From: Bacteroidia bacterium
GTDB lineage: Bacteria; Bacteroidota; Bacteroidia; M30B66
DNA: 64,000 nt
Direction of reading: 5' to 3'
NCBI GenBank assembly: GCA_018401705.1
Contig: JAGYKL010000002.1
Location: 3,526-67,525 of the forward strand
A program made the translations under genes and the position numbers. This document shows positions 50,219 through 60,707 of the stretch, in pieces (within the stretch, counting starts at the first letter, position 1; each line of letters opens with the position of its first letter). The notes beneath the pieces were generated by a model, which was given only the letters and a program-made list of their open reading frames with translations, was not told the origin of the DNA and did no database searches.

Positions 50219-51127
50219 CTACCGCAATCGTAATTCCTGCCCAACTTTAACTTCTTCACTTTCAGAAAGCTTATTGAGCTTTCTGATGCTTTTAATTTTA
50301 ATGGCATATTCCTGAGAAATGTCTCTGATAGTTTGGCCTTGTTTAACAATAGCCGATTTCTCTTTTGCCTTGTTACGTTTTGGTTGCAGATAAACTATTT
50401 CTCCGGGCTTGAATCTGTATTCATTATCAGTTAAATCATTGTATTTAGGAATCTGAAAAGGAATCAAATCAAACTTCTCGCTTAGCGATTCGGGCGTGTC
50501 GCCATCTTTAGCAATAACATATTTTACATTGTTTCTAAGTTTGACTTCCTGATTTGAAGTTGGAGGAAGGTCTTCAACAAGCTCTTCTTTTGGCTTATCT
50601 TTTTGCTTATCAGGGGTGTATGGCTTTGCAATTACTTCTGTATCGTATTGAAAGAGACGGTTTTCCTCAATCGTTTTAATAAGCAGTTGAGCATATTGAG
50701 GGTTAGTTGCGTAGCCCGCTTTTTTTAATCCATGGGCCCAACCTTTGTAATCATCCTGCGATAGCAGAAATAAAGAAGCATAGCGTTGAGAGTTTTTTAA
50801 GAATTGGGAATGATCTTCATATGACTCTAAAACTGTTTTATACTTTCTAAAGCATTCGTCCTTTGCATCATCATCTTTATAAAATGCCGGACCTGTCCAG
50901 TTCTTTTTACACTTAATTCCAAAGTGATTGTTAGCTTCTCTAGCCAAATCGCTATTTCCTGCCGAAGATTCAAGTATTCCTTGTCCAAGCTTAATAGATG
51001 CAGGAATGCCGTAACGACGCATTTCTGTTTGAGCAGTTTCTTTATATTTTTCGACATACTGAGCTGCAGTTTGCCTTGTTTGAGCAAAAGAAACAATTGG
51101 CAATAGGAGAATTAAAATCCACTTCAT
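50219..51127 (-). CDS. glucosaminidase-domain peptidoglycan hydrolase with LysM repeats
   Basis: Signal peptide MKWILILLLPIVSFAQ, a FlgJ-type glucosaminidase block (IPASIKLGQGILESSAGNS...NNHFGIKC), and two C-terminal LysM-like repeats. Confidence 0.8.
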   Translation of the reverse strand: MKWILILLLPIVSFAQTRQTAAQYVEKYKETAQTEMRRYGIPASIKLGQGILESSAGNSDLAREANNHFGIKCKKNWTGPAFYKDDDAKDECFRKYKTVLESYEDHSQFLKNSQRYASLFLLSQDDYKGWAHGLKKAGYATNPQYAQLLIKTIEENRLFQYDTEVIAKPYTPDKQKDKPKEELVEDLPPTSNQEVKLRNNVKYVIAKDGDTPESLSEKFDLIPFQIPKYNDLTDNEYRFKPGEIVYLQPKRNKAKEKSAIVKQGQTIRDISQEYAIKIKSIRKLNKLSESEEVKVGQELRLR

Positions 51128-51304
51128 TTTGCAAATGAACAATAGTAGCTTGTATAACGAATTGCTTGCTTATTAATTTTTTGAACATCATATAGTTGAG
51201 TTTACAAGCATTTAGTTAGAACACATAAAATGAAGCATCCGAACACAGTATTTGGAATTGCTTTTTTCCTACCTTTGCCGCCCATTTACTTATTTGCCCC
51301 TTCT

Positions 51305-52354
51305 ATGAAGTTATCTCAATTTAAATTCAAATTGCCCCCTGAGCTTATTGCTGATCGCCCTGTTATTAATCGCGATGAATCAAGGCTTATGGTATTGAAC
51401 CGCAAGGATAAAACCATTGAGCATAAAATGTTCAAAGATATTCTTGACTATTTTGAAGATGGAGATACGTTTGTAATTAACAATACCAAGGTTTTCCCTG
51501 CCAGAATGTATGGCAACAAGGAAAAAACAGGTGCTAAAATCGAGGTGTTCTTGCTTCGCGAATTAAATGCTGAGAGTCGTCTTTGGGATGTTTTAGTAGA
51601 TCCTGCAAGAAAGATTCGTATCGGGAATAAACTTTATTTCGGTGAAGATGATTCTCTAGTTGCTGAGGTAATTGATAACACAACTTCAAGAGGAAGAACT
51701 TTACGTTTCCTTTTTGACGGTCCGCATGAAGAATTTAAGAAAGTTCTTTATTCTTTGGGTGAAACTCCTATTCCTAAATACATTAATCGTAAACCGGACG
51801 AAGAAGACCAAGAGCGCTTTCAAACAGTTTATGCTAAAAATGAAGGTGCGGTAGCTGCTCCAACTGCTGGTTTGCACTTCAGCAAAAGCTTAATGAAGCG
51901 CATGGAACTTAAGGGAGTTAATTTTGCTGAAGTTACATTACATGTTGGCTTAGGAAGCTTCCGTACTGTTGAAGTTGAAGATTTAAGCAAGCATAAAATG
52001 GACAGTGAAGAGATGTATATCTCTGAAGAAGCTGCTGAAATTGTAAATTCATCTAAAGAGGCTAAAGGCAATATCGTTGCTGTTGGAACAACTACCATGC
52101 GTGCCATTGAAAGTTCAGTTTCAACAGAAGGTTTATTAAAGGCTTATGAAGGCTGGACGAATAAATTCATTTATCCTCCATACGATTTTAGAGTTGCTAA
52201 TTCATTAGTAACAAACTTCCATATGCCAATGAGCACATTGATGATTATGGTTTCCGCTTTCGCGGGACATGATTTTCTGATGGAAGCATATAAGCAGGCA
52301 ATCAAGGAAGAGTATCGCTTCTTCACGTATGGCGATGCTATGTTGATTCTATAA
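51305..52354 (+). CDS. queA: S-adenosylmethionine:tRNA ribosyltransferase-isomerase
   Basis: Canonical start [16 protein letters not shown] at 51305 (the track start at 51230 adds a non-conserved extension), plus [12 protein letters not shown] and TNFHMP. Confidence 0.93.
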   Translation: MKLSQFKFKLPPELIADRPVINRDESRLMVLNRKDKTIEHKMFKDILDYFEDGDTFVINNTKVFPARMYGNKEKTGAKIEVFLLRELNAESRLWDVLVDPARKIRIGNKLYFGEDDSLVAEVIDNTTSRGRTLRFLFDGPHEEFKKVLYSLGETPIPKYINRKPDEEDQERFQTVYAKNEGAVAAPTAGLHFSKSLMKRMELKGVNFAEVTLHVGLGSFRTVEVEDLSKHKMDSEEMYISEEAAEIVNSSKEAKGNIVAVGTTTMRAIESSVSTEGLLKAYEGWTNKFIYPPYDFRVANSLVTNFHMPMSTLMIMVSAFAGHDFLMEAYKQAIKEEYRFFTYGDAMLIL

Positions 52355-53046
52355 TGGAAAACATCCACGTAATTGTGGTTGCAGGCGGAAGCGGAACCCG
52401 GATGAAATCTGCTCTTCCTAAGCAGTTCCTCACAATTGCTGGAAGACCATTGCTGATGCACACTCTGGAACAATTTGCTGGGGTGTTTCCTGATATTGAA
52501 CCTGTTTTGGTTTTACCTAAAGACCATCATTCAACTTGGAATGATTTAGTTATTGAATATTCATTTAAACTAAAACATAAACTTGTTTCTGGAGGTGAAA
52601 CTCGTTTTCATTCTGTCAAAAACGGTTTAGCCCAAATAACCAGTGGAATAGTTGGTGTACATGATGGAGTTAGGCCATTGGTAAGTGCGGATACAATAAG
52701 AAATTGCTTTGAAAAAGCAGCATCAATTGGCAATGCCGTTCCGGTTGTTCAACTGAAAGATTCTATTAGAAAACTTGATTCTGTCGGTAATTCACAGGCT
52801 CTAAAAAGAGAGGAATATGTTTTGGTTCAAACCCCTCAATGCTTCAGGGTTGAGGAAATGAAAAATGCATTTAATCAGGAATACAGCAGTGCATTTACCG
52901 ATTGTGCTTCAGTAATGGAAAAAGCTGGGCACAAAATCAATCTGGTTGAGGGAAATTCAGAGAATTTGAAAATCACAACTCCAGAGGATCTTCAATACGC
53001 TGAACTTCACTTCTCTGCAGGCTCAAATTCTTCATCTCCTTTATAA
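52354..53046 (+). CDS. ispD: 2-C-methyl-D-erythritol 4-phosphate cytidylyltransferase
   Basis: VVAGGSGTRM...PKQF, VHDGVRP and KITTPEDL. Its ATG overlaps the queA stop (TAATG). Confidence 0.9.
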   Translation: MENIHVIVVAGGSGTRMKSALPKQFLTIAGRPLLMHTLEQFAGVFPDIEPVLVLPKDHHSTWNDLVIEYSFKLKHKLVSGGETRFHSVKNGLAQITSGIVGVHDGVRPLVSADTIRNCFEKAASIGNAVPVVQLKDSIRKLDSVGNSQALKREEYVLVQTPQCFRVEEMKNAFNQEYSSAFTDCASVMEKAGHKINLVEGNSENLKITTPEDLQYAELHFSAGSNSSSPL

Positions 53047-54071
53047 CGTTCACGTTTCTTTTTGAGAGAACGATGAATTCCTCTGATAGCAAATACTAAT
53101 AAGGTTGTTAGAATTACAAAACCTCCTATACCAAGAATGTTTGCAAAAAGTATGTTCCCTGAGCAGCTTAGATTACATGCTAAAGCCAAAACAATAAACA
53201 GCAGTAATAAATAAACCGTAATAGCTAAAAGAATTAAACCAATTTCGGCAAGCACAAGCCAAGTGTTATTGCTTGAAGGACTCGGGTCAGTAATTGTTGA
53301 GCTAAATGGTATACTCCCTTTAATAATTCCCTGAGAGAAGAATAAAAAAACTCCCGAAATCATTAAGGCAGCATCAAGAGATTTGCGGTAGGTATAGCCT
53401 TTTGAACTCGCCTTTCCGAAGGGGTAAATTAAAATGCCCATTAATGCAGCAGAAATTGCTATTGTATTTATCGGTGAGGCAAATTCATTTAATTCTTCTT
53501 TCAAAAAAGCGCCTGTATAAAAGGCAAGTGCTCCCAGCGCTACAGAAACTCCTACTATAGCAGTTTGAGCCAAGAACTTATTGTTTGCTCCCCATTTTGA
53601 AACTCTTTTGAATGGAAATTTCAGAGCAACTAAAGGAGACAAGAGCAATAGTCCTGATAGGGGAATACTATTGCTCTTTTCATTTGAAGGTAAATCACTT
53701 TTAGCTTCAATATCAGCCAAAATTTTCTGCCTTGCTACTTTTGCTTGAGGTAAGGTTGGCTCCACTGGAAATGTCTCAATTTCATAGCTAGGCTTCTTGC
53801 TAAACAAGCGCTTGGTTTCTGATTGCTCTTTAATAGTGCAGTTTGCACTCTCAGTTTCTGAGAAATTAACATTTTCATTTTGCTCTATAAGCTTCAGCTT
53901 TGCTTCTTCATTTTGAGTATCCTTTGCTTTTGATTTTTGCTTTCCAGAAATATCAACGTGCCAGCCTGGACGATGTTGACGTTTGACAACCTCAATTCCT
54001 GAGCATCCAAGAATTGTTAATAGGAGCATCAAGACTGAAACCCCTTTGAGCGAAGCAAGCATTTGAGTCAT
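53007..54071 (-). CDS. hypothetical polytopic membrane protein with a lipoprotein-like N-terminus
   Basis: 354-aa ORF with LLLTILGCSG, several hydrophobic helices and a basic C-terminal tail. Its 3-prime end overlaps ispD by 40 nt in convergent orientation. Confidence 0.5.
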   Translation of the reverse strand: MTQMLASLKGVSVLMLLLTILGCSGIEVVKRQHRPGWHVDISGKQKSKAKDTQNEEAKLKLIEQNENVNFSETESANCTIKEQSETKRLFSKKPSYEIETFPVEPTLPQAKVARQKILADIEAKSDLPSNEKSNSIPLSGLLLLSPLVALKFPFKRVSKWGANNKFLAQTAIVGVSVALGALAFYTGAFLKEELNEFASPINTIAISAALMGILIYPFGKASSKGYTYRKSLDAALMISGVFLFFSQGIIKGSIPFSSTITDPSPSSNNTWLVLAEIGLILLAITVYLLLLFIVLALACNLSCSGNILFANILGIGGFVILTTLLVFAIRGIHRSLKKKRERYKGDEEFEPAEK

Positions 54072-54143
54072 AAAATATTTTGAATAAAGATATTCCTTTG
54101 ATATGCATTTTTAACACTCAAGAAAAACTCCGAATTTGCAGGC

Positions 54144-55415
54144 ATGAAAGTACTTCTTTTAGGTTCGGGCGGACGAGAGCATGCCATTGCTCAGAAAATT
54201 TCGCAAAGCAAGAGACTCACAAAGCTTTTTATTGCTCCCGGCAATGCGGGAACATCGAGTTTAGGTGAAAACTTTGAACTTGAGATAAAGGACTTTAATG
54301 CCATTGCCAATAGCATTGCCGAATTGGGTATTGATATGTGCGTTATAGGTCCGGAGGACCCTTTGGTGAACGGCTTGGTGGATTTTTTAAGAGAGAGTCC
54401 TCTTTCAAAAAACACCATGTTAATTGGTCCGGCAAAATCAGGAGCTCAATTAGAAGGAAGTAAAGAGTTTTCTAAGCAATTCATGCAAAAGCATGGGATA
54501 CCAACTGCACGATATTCAAGTTTTACACCTTCTACAATGGATGAAGGAAAATCATTTCTAAAAACAATGAATGCTCCATATGTATTGAAAGCTTCTGGCT
54601 TAGCTGCCGGCAAAGGAGTTGTAATTCCCGAAACACTTGAAGCAGCCGAAAAAGAGCTGGAAGATATGTTGGGAGGAAAGTTTGGTGCCGCCGGAAATGT
54701 TGTTGTGATTGAAGAATTTATGCATGGCATTGAATGTTCTGTATTTGTGCTTACCGACGGGAAAGATTACAAGATTTTGCCTGAGGCAAAGGATTACAAA
54801 AGAATAGGAGATAATGACAAAGGCCTGAATACGGGAGGAATGGGAGCAGTTTCGCCTGTACCATTTTGTGATGAAGCTTTTATGGCAAAAGTAAGAACAC
54901 GCATTGTAGAGCCAAGTATTGAAGGTCTCTCGAAAGATGGTTTAGATTATAAAGGCTTTTTGTTTATTGGATTGATGAATGTAGGAGGAGAGCCATTCGT
55001 GGTAGAATACAATTGCCGAATGGGCGATCCCGAAACAGAGGTTGTAATGCCTCGCATTGAAAGTGATATAATCGATTTATTTGAAGCGCTTTCGCGCGGA
55101 AAATTAAATGATGCCGAATTGGTTTTAAGTAAAAAAACAGCAGTAACTGTAGTTACGGTTTCTGAAGGATATCCCGGGAATTATGAAAAAGGCAAGGTTA
55201 TACACGGATTAAATGAAATCTCAACTGGTTTTGTATTTCACGCCGGAACGGCGCAAAAGGATGGCAAGACAGTTACGAATGGAGGTCGTGTCTTAGCTTT
55301 TACTCACTTAGGAGATTCTATTCAAGAAGCAGTTGCAGGCAGTTATGCTATGATAGACAAGATTTGCTACGATGGCATCTACTTCAGGCGAGATATCGGT
55401 AAAGATTTGATATAG
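54144..55415 (+). CDS. purD: phosphoribosylamine--glycine ligase
   Basis: MKVLLLGSGGREHAIA, an ATP-grasp domain, and NCRMGDPETEV. Confidence 0.95.
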   Translation: MKVLLLGSGGREHAIAQKISQSKRLTKLFIAPGNAGTSSLGENFELEIKDFNAIANSIAELGIDMCVIGPEDPLVNGLVDFLRESPLSKNTMLIGPAKSGAQLEGSKEFSKQFMQKHGIPTARYSSFTPSTMDEGKSFLKTMNAPYVLKASGLAAGKGVVIPETLEAAEKELEDMLGGKFGAAGNVVVIEEFMHGIECSVFVLTDGKDYKILPEAKDYKRIGDNDKGLNTGGMGAVSPVPFCDEAFMAKVRTRIVEPSIEGLSKDGLDYKGFLFIGLMNVGGEPFVVEYNCRMGDPETEVVMPRIESDIIDLFEALSRGKLNDAELVLSKKTAVTVVTVSEGYPGNYEKGKVIHGLNEISTGFVFHAGTAQKDGKTVTNGGRVLAFTHLGDSIQEAVAGSYAMIDKICYDGIYFRRDIGKDLI

Positions 55416-55418
55416 CTT

Positions 55419-56963
55419 TTATTCTACAATAATTTCAGGAGAATCAGTTTTATCATTGTCTCCTTTGGTCATATCATCATCGCCTTTTAAATAACTTGGT
55501 AATTCCATACCAGCCATTTTAAACAAATCGTTCAGCGGAGGAACGGTTTGCATCATCCCGGAAACGAAGTTTGCGGTATTCGTTTTGCCGTTTCCATTTC
55601 CGCCTCCGGCGCCATCCCAAACGGTAATTTTATCAATTTTGATATTCTTAACTGCTTCCACCTGAATCTTAACAAGTTCTGGCAATTTTTCAGCAATTAA
55701 GAAGAGTACTGCTTTTGAAGGATCGCCTCCTGCGGCAGCGACTATGTCTTTATAACCTTCGGCTTGTTTGGTTAGAATCTCAAAAATACCTCTTGCCTCT
55801 GCATCCATTTTTGCAAAAGTTGCATCAGCTTCACCTTTTGCTCTGCGACGAGCCTGCTCAGCATCAGCTTCTGCCTCGATAATTGCTTTTTGCTTAGCTA
55901 TTTCTGCCGGAATCACAATATTTGCTTCCTGGGTTGCCCTTTCACGCTGAGCCCTTGATTGTTCAGCAATTTTTTCTGCTTCGTAAGCCAATTCAAGAGC
56001 TTTAGCCGATTGAACTTTCTCTGCTGCAACCGCAATTCTCAAAGCCTCAGCTTCTTTTTCTCTTCGTGTAGCTTCAGATGCAGCGATAACAATTTTAGCT
56101 GAATTCTCTCCTTCAACGGCAATTGCATTTGCCTCAGAGCTTTTTATACGCGTATCTCTGGTTGCTTCAGCTTTAGCAATAGTTTCATCCCTGTTAGCAT
56201 TAGCAATATTTATCTCCTTATCACGATTTGCATTAGCAATATTTATATCCCTGTCTCTAACAGTTTCAGCTATTCTAATCTCTCTATCTCTATCGGCTTC
56301 GGCCTTCCCTATTTCCCCAAAACGATCCTGTTCGGCAACACTCTTCTTGGCTTCGTTAATTGCTTTTGCAGCAGCTTCTTTACCAAGAGCTTCGATATAA
56401 CCCGACTCATCACGAAGGTCAGTTACGTTAACGTTGATTAGCTTTAAACCAATTTTACGTAATTCAGAATCAACATTTGTACTAACGTTGGTAAGAAACT
56501 TATCCCTATCAGAATTAATTTCTTCAATATCCATGGTGGCAATAACCAAGCGAAGCTGACCAAAAAGGATATCTTTAGAGAGTTCTTGAATTTGCTCCAT
56601 GCTAAGGCCTAGCAAACGCTCGGCAGCATTCATCATGCTGTCGGGTTCAGTAGAAATTGCAACAGTAAAGCGGCAAGGCACATCCACCCTAATATTTTGC
56701 TTGCTTAGAGCATTAGTAAGGTTTGTCTCAATAGAAATGGGCTGTAAATCAAGAAAAGCGAAGCTTTGAAATACCGGCCAAATAAATGAGGCTCCTCCAT
56801 GAATGCATTTAGCCGAAGAGCCTGAGCCATCAGCTCGGTTTCCTGTTTTACCATAAACAACAAGAATCTTGTCAGAAGGGCAGCGCTTGTAGCGCGATAG
56901 AATGGCAGCAAAAGTTACAAATAGAACAACGGCAAATAAACCGATGATAATGAGTTGAGACAT
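55419..56963 (-). CDS. flotillin (SPFH/Band 7) family protein, YqiK-like
   Basis: 514 aa with an N-terminal TM helix, an SPFH domain and a long Ala/Glu-rich coiled coil that includes repeats (RDRDINIANANRDKEINIANANRDE). Confidence 0.85.
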   Translation of the reverse strand: MSQLIIIGLFAVVLFVTFAAILSRYKRCPSDKILVVYGKTGNRADGSGSSAKCIHGGASFIWPVFQSFAFLDLQPISIETNLTNALSKQNIRVDVPCRFTVAISTEPDSMMNAAERLLGLSMEQIQELSKDILFGQLRLVIATMDIEEINSDRDKFLTNVSTNVDSELRKIGLKLINVNVTDLRDESGYIEALGKEAAAKAINEAKKSVAEQDRFGEIGKAEADRDREIRIAETVRDRDINIANANRDKEINIANANRDETIAKAEATRDTRIKSSEANAIAVEGENSAKIVIAASEATRREKEAEALRIAVAAEKVQSAKALELAYEAEKIAEQSRAQRERATQEANIVIPAEIAKQKAIIEAEADAEQARRRAKGEADATFAKMDAEARGIFEILTKQAEGYKDIVAAAGGDPSKAVLFLIAEKLPELVKIQVEAVKNIKIDKITVWDGAGGGNGNGKTNTANFVSGMMQTVPPLNDLFKMAGMELPSYLKGDDDMTKGDNDKTDSPEIIVE

Positions 56964-56974
56964 AAAACTACGAG

Positions 56975-57604
56975 TTATATTTTTTCTACAATAAGTGTTG
57001 TGTTTGCTATTCCGGTTACTTTAACATTCATTCCGGTGGATATTGCTTCTCCTTTTGAAATAGCATCTAATTCACGAAGGCTACCTTGCACGCTTATATG
57101 CACTTTGCCCCGACCTTTTCCTTCTGCTGGAATGGTTAAATAAACGCTTCCTTGTGCACCAATGGCATTTGATAAAACAAGATTTCCGCTTTGGGTCATT
57201 CCACTAAGCCACTTAAACATATAAAGTACAAGTGCAACTAGAACTATACCTATTATAGCACCACCAACCACCGCCCCTACTTCACCAAAGTGAGGGTAAA
57301 GAGCTATTCCTCCCCATCCAAGGCCTAAGATAAAATTGACGAAATTCCTCAGGGTAAATAGTTCAAAAGGAACATTACCGGCTGAATCTGTATCTCCAGG
57401 GCCACCCAAATCAGTATCTGAACTTAAATCGCCAGAGAAATCAGCATCAACTTCAGCAGTGCCATCCATTCCAAGGAAGGTAGCAAACATCTGAATAGTA
57501 AAAAATAGTGTTGCCGGCAGAGCGATAAGCCACAACACTTTTTCAAATGAGTCAAGAGAGTTCCACCAAGTTTCCATTGCTAATTTTGTGGCTTTAAAGT
57601 ACAA
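56975..57604 (-). CDS. NfeD/YqiJ-like (DUF1449-type) membrane protein
   Basis: 209 aa with TM helices and a C-terminal OB-like beta domain. It lies immediately upstream of flotillin, as in E. coli yqiJK. Confidence 0.65.
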   Translation of the reverse strand: MYFKATKLAMETWWNSLDSFEKVLWLIALPATLFFTIQMFATFLGMDGTAEVDADFSGDLSSDTDLGGPGDTDSAGNVPFELFTLRNFVNFILGLGWGGIALYPHFGEVGAVVGGAIIGIVLVALVLYMFKWLSGMTQSGNLVLSNAIGAQGSVYLTIPAEGKGRGKVHISVQGSLRELDAISKGEAISTGMNVKVTGIANTTLIVEKI

Positions 57605-57615
57605 TAAAAATGCAT

Positions 57616-58485
57616 TCAGGCAATTTTTGCTTTAGAATAATAATCATTTGGCAAACGGTCAATGAGTGCGGCAACATCTTGCTTTAAAATCTTGCACATT
57701 TCAGAATATAATTCAGGCAATTGTTCGCGAAACTCAATAGGAGCCTCAAAAAAGTGCTCTACGCAAACAGCCCAGAATTCGTGAATATTGGTAGCTGCAT
57801 ATTCTCTCAAAAAGAAATCCTTACTATTTAGTTGCATTTTTTCAAATACCCTAAGCGCTTTGTTGGTCCAGCGGTCAAAACCATTTAACATGTTTCTATG
57901 TTCGAAGTAATCGAGATAGAGGGCATGAGCAAGTTCATGGAGACCAAGATTTATTTTGTCGTGTTCATTATCAATTCCATGTTCAACATGTGGCCAGGAA
58001 ACGAGTATAATTCCGGTGTGATACACCGTTAGTCCTTTGACGTATCTCTCAAAAAGTTTAGAATAGAAAATATCTGGAAAAATTGCAATTCTTTGAAAAT
58101 GAGGAAATAGAAAATTGTTCAATCCAAAAGTAACTTGAACCATTAATGCTCCGAAAGTGAGTATCATTTCATCGCTCACGTTGATTCCTTGTCTTCCAAC
58201 AAACCATTTTGTTCTTAACAGCAACAAAAGTCTATTTCTAAAAAGCATTGATTCGCTTGAATCAAGCAAGCGGTAGAAAGGAATTTTGTCGGTTAAGAAA
58301 GCATCAAGTTCTTTTGAACTGAGTTTGTTATTGAGTCTTTTGTAATTCCTTAACTCGCCGTTTCTTTGAAGGACATACTGATTTAGCCTGAAATTACCAA
58401 GATTGATTTGCTTTCTAACAATTCGTGTTGAATAATAAATGGCATAAATAAATAAAACTGCACCTATTCTCTTTATTGGCGACAC
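57616..58485 (-). CDS. zinc-dependent peptidase, M90 (MtfA-like) family
   Basis: It has the HELAH zinc motif and the downstream EFWAVCVEHFFEAP block typical of MtfA-like proteins. N-terminal TM helix; TTG start. Confidence 0.7.
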   Translation of the reverse strand: MSPIKRIGAVLFIYAIYYSTRIVRKQINLGNFRLNQYVLQRNGELRNYKRLNNKLSSKELDAFLTDKIPFYRLLDSSESMLFRNRLLLLLRTKWFVGRQGINVSDEMILTFGALMVQVTFGLNNFLFPHFQRIAIFPDIFYSKLFERYVKGLTVYHTGIILVSWPHVEHGIDNEHDKINLGLHELAHALYLDYFEHRNMLNGFDRWTNKALRVFEKMQLNSKDFFLREYAATNIHEFWAVCVEHFFEAPIEFREQLPELYSEMCKILKQDVAALIDRLPNDYYSKAKIA

Positions 58486-58496
58486 GAAAGCAGGAA

Positions 58497-59603
58497 TTAA
58501 GCAGCAGCTAAGCTTACTTGTGGTGGATGTTCATGCTGCCCAAATGTTTTCATGGTTTTGAAGTGGCTTGCAACAGCAGCTCCAAAGGTGCTGATATTAT
58601 TGTAAGGCAATCCAAATTCTTTGCACCTTGCTTCTACCATCTTGCTAATTGCAGGGTAGTGGATATGACTCACTTTAGGGAAAAGATGATGCTCTATCTG
58701 GAAGTTCAACCCACCTACAAACCAGGAAACAAGCTTACTGTCTGTTGCAAAATTTGAAGTAGTTCTAATTTGATGAACAGCCCAAGCATCTTCGATTGAT
58801 AGTTTACCATCAAGGTTAAAAGCGTCTACAAACTCGGTTGTTTCAACAACGTGAGCCAATTGAAAAACGAGAGAAAGTGTTAAGCCCATTACTGCGTTCA
58901 TTAAGAAATAACCTGCCAGAAATGGAGCTACTCCAACAAAATAAATAGGGATAACGATGTAAAAAGCAATGTAAAGCACTTTGGTTACCCAAAATAAAAT
59001 ATGCTCCTGAAGAGGAATTTTATTGATTTTGGTTCCATTAATTTCTTTCTTAAAGTACTTGTCCATATCGGTAACAAGAGCCCAAAGGATAGATGAAAGG
59101 GCATACAAAGGAACCATGTAAATATGCTGCCATTTGTGTGCTGGCTTGTAAGGTTGAGAAAAGCAATGTCTTAGCACCGGTGATTTAGCTATATCATCGT
59201 CAACCCCATCAATATTGGTGTAGGTATGATGAATGATATTGTGTTTGATTTTCCAGATAAATGCATTGCTACCAAGAGCGTTCATGGTTAAACCCATGAC
59301 ATAATTTAGGTTCTTGTTCGAAGAATAGCTGCCATGACATGCATCATGCATCACGCTAAAACCAATACAAGCCAAAAGAAAACCTAAAACTGCACATGAT
59401 AATAGAGCAGCCCAAACGGGAAGCACTTGAGCCAAAAGCACTACGTAAAGAGTAACGCAGGCGGGAATAAGCGTAAGCGATTTAATGTATAAACGCCAAT
59501 TTCCAGTTGAAGCTTGATTCGTCCTCTCAAAATATTCTCTTACATCACTGTTCACAGCCTCTGAGAAAGAGTTGTTCTTATTGTTAAAACTTACTTTTTT
59601 CAA
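58497..59603 (-). CDS. membrane fatty acid desaturase, front-end (delta-6-like) histidine-box pattern
   Basis: Histidine boxes HDACH, HNIIHH and QIEHH. No cytochrome b5 (HPGG) domain. TTG start. Confidence 0.8.
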   Translation of the reverse strand: MKKVSFNNKNNSFSEAVNSDVREYFERTNQASTGNWRLYIKSLTLIPACVTLYVVLLAQVLPVWAALLSCAVLGFLLACIGFSVMHDACHGSYSSNKNLNYVMGLTMNALGSNAFIWKIKHNIIHHTYTNIDGVDDDIAKSPVLRHCFSQPYKPAHKWQHIYMVPLYALSSILWALVTDMDKYFKKEINGTKINKIPLQEHILFWVTKVLYIAFYIVIPIYFVGVAPFLAGYFLMNAVMGLTLSLVFQLAHVVETTEFVDAFNLDGKLSIEDAWAVHQIRTTSNFATDSKLVSWFVGGLNFQIEHHLFPKVSHIHYPAISKMVEARCKEFGLPYNNISTFGAAVASHFKTMKTFGQHEHPPQVSLAAA

Positions 59604-59678
59604 AAAAATATATTTTAAAATTAATGAATGTAAAGGTAAAGCATCAAATTGAAAGATAAACAGATGTAAGACAAAACT

Positions 59679-60653
59679 TTACAGTGCCATGATTTCAGCA
59701 ATCTTTATAATTGTTTCGTTTACGTCAATATTATGTTTTACGGCATTTTGAAGTGGGGTAAACGATACTTTTCCGGCAACTTGACCGGTCATAACGCGAG
59801 TTTGACCAAAAAGCAAAGCTTCGGTAGCTTCATAGCCCAGGCGAGTAGCCAGAACCCTATCCATGCAGGTGGGATTTCCTCCTCTTTGGATATGCCCTAG
59901 AATAGCCACTTTGGTTTCAAGTTTATCGAATTTCTCTTGAACGATTCGTGCTATTTCGAAAGCTCCTCCGGCATCATCGCCTTCGGCGACAATGATTACG
60001 TGACCTGATTTTTGTCTTTTCCAGCCTCTTTCGAGTTGTGCAATAAGTTTATCGAAGTGAGTTTTTGTTTCAGGAATCAAAATAGCTTCCGCCCCACAGG
60101 CGATACCACTTCTTAAAGCAATTAATCCCGCATCACGGCCCATTACCTCAACAAAAAACAAACGATTGTGAGAGCTGGCTGTATCACGAATATTATCAAC
60201 AGCATCTACGACCGTATTTATTGCAGTATCATATCCGATGGTAAAATCGGTGCCATATAAGTCATTATCGATAGTGCCCGGAATTCCAATAACTTTAAAT
60301 TCAGGAAACTCCGAAGCCAAAATATCAGCTCCTCTAAAAGAACCATCACCACCAATTACCACAAGTCCTTCAATTCCGGCCTTTCTCATATTCTCGGCAG
60401 CTTTTGCTCTTCCTTCGGGAGTCATAAACTGTTTACTGCGAGCCGTTTTTAGAATCGTTCCTCCTTTTTGGATTATGTTTCCTACAGCAGTGGAATCGAG
60501 GTCTCTGAAATCTCCGTTAATCAATCCTTCGAAACCGGCTACAACACCTGTTACCTGGATATTTCTATAAGCTGCTGTTCTGACAACTGCACGAATGCAG
60601 GCGTTCATGCCGGGGGCATCTCCACCGGAGGTGAGAACTGCTATATGTTTCAT
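59679..60653 (-). CDS. pfkA: ATP-dependent 6-phosphofructokinase
   Basis: MKHIAVLTSGGDAPGMNA, GGDGS, PGTIDND and MGR. Confidence 0.95.
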   Translation of the reverse strand: MKHIAVLTSGGDAPGMNACIRAVVRTAAYRNIQVTGVVAGFEGLINGDFRDLDSTAVGNIIQKGGTILKTARSKQFMTPEGRAKAAENMRKAGIEGLVVIGGDGSFRGADILASEFPEFKVIGIPGTIDNDLYGTDFTIGYDTAINTVVDAVDNIRDTASSHNRLFFVEVMGRDAGLIALRSGIACGAEAILIPETKTHFDKLIAQLERGWKRQKSGHVIIVAEGDDAGGAFEIARIVQEKFDKLETKVAILGHIQRGGNPTCMDRVLATRLGYEATEALLFGQTRVMTGQVAGKVSFTPLQNAVKHNIDVNETIIKIAEIMAL

Positions 60654-60707
60654 TTTTTCAGCGTGTTAATGCGACACAAAGGTATTGAAAAAGGGTTGAA
60701 GACCCAA

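Noticed and set aside
53007-53046. 40-nt convergent overlap between ispD and the membrane protein gene.
   Set aside because: It is probably just non-conserved C-terminal tails of one or both ORFs running on to the next stop. I see nothing that suggests antisense regulation.
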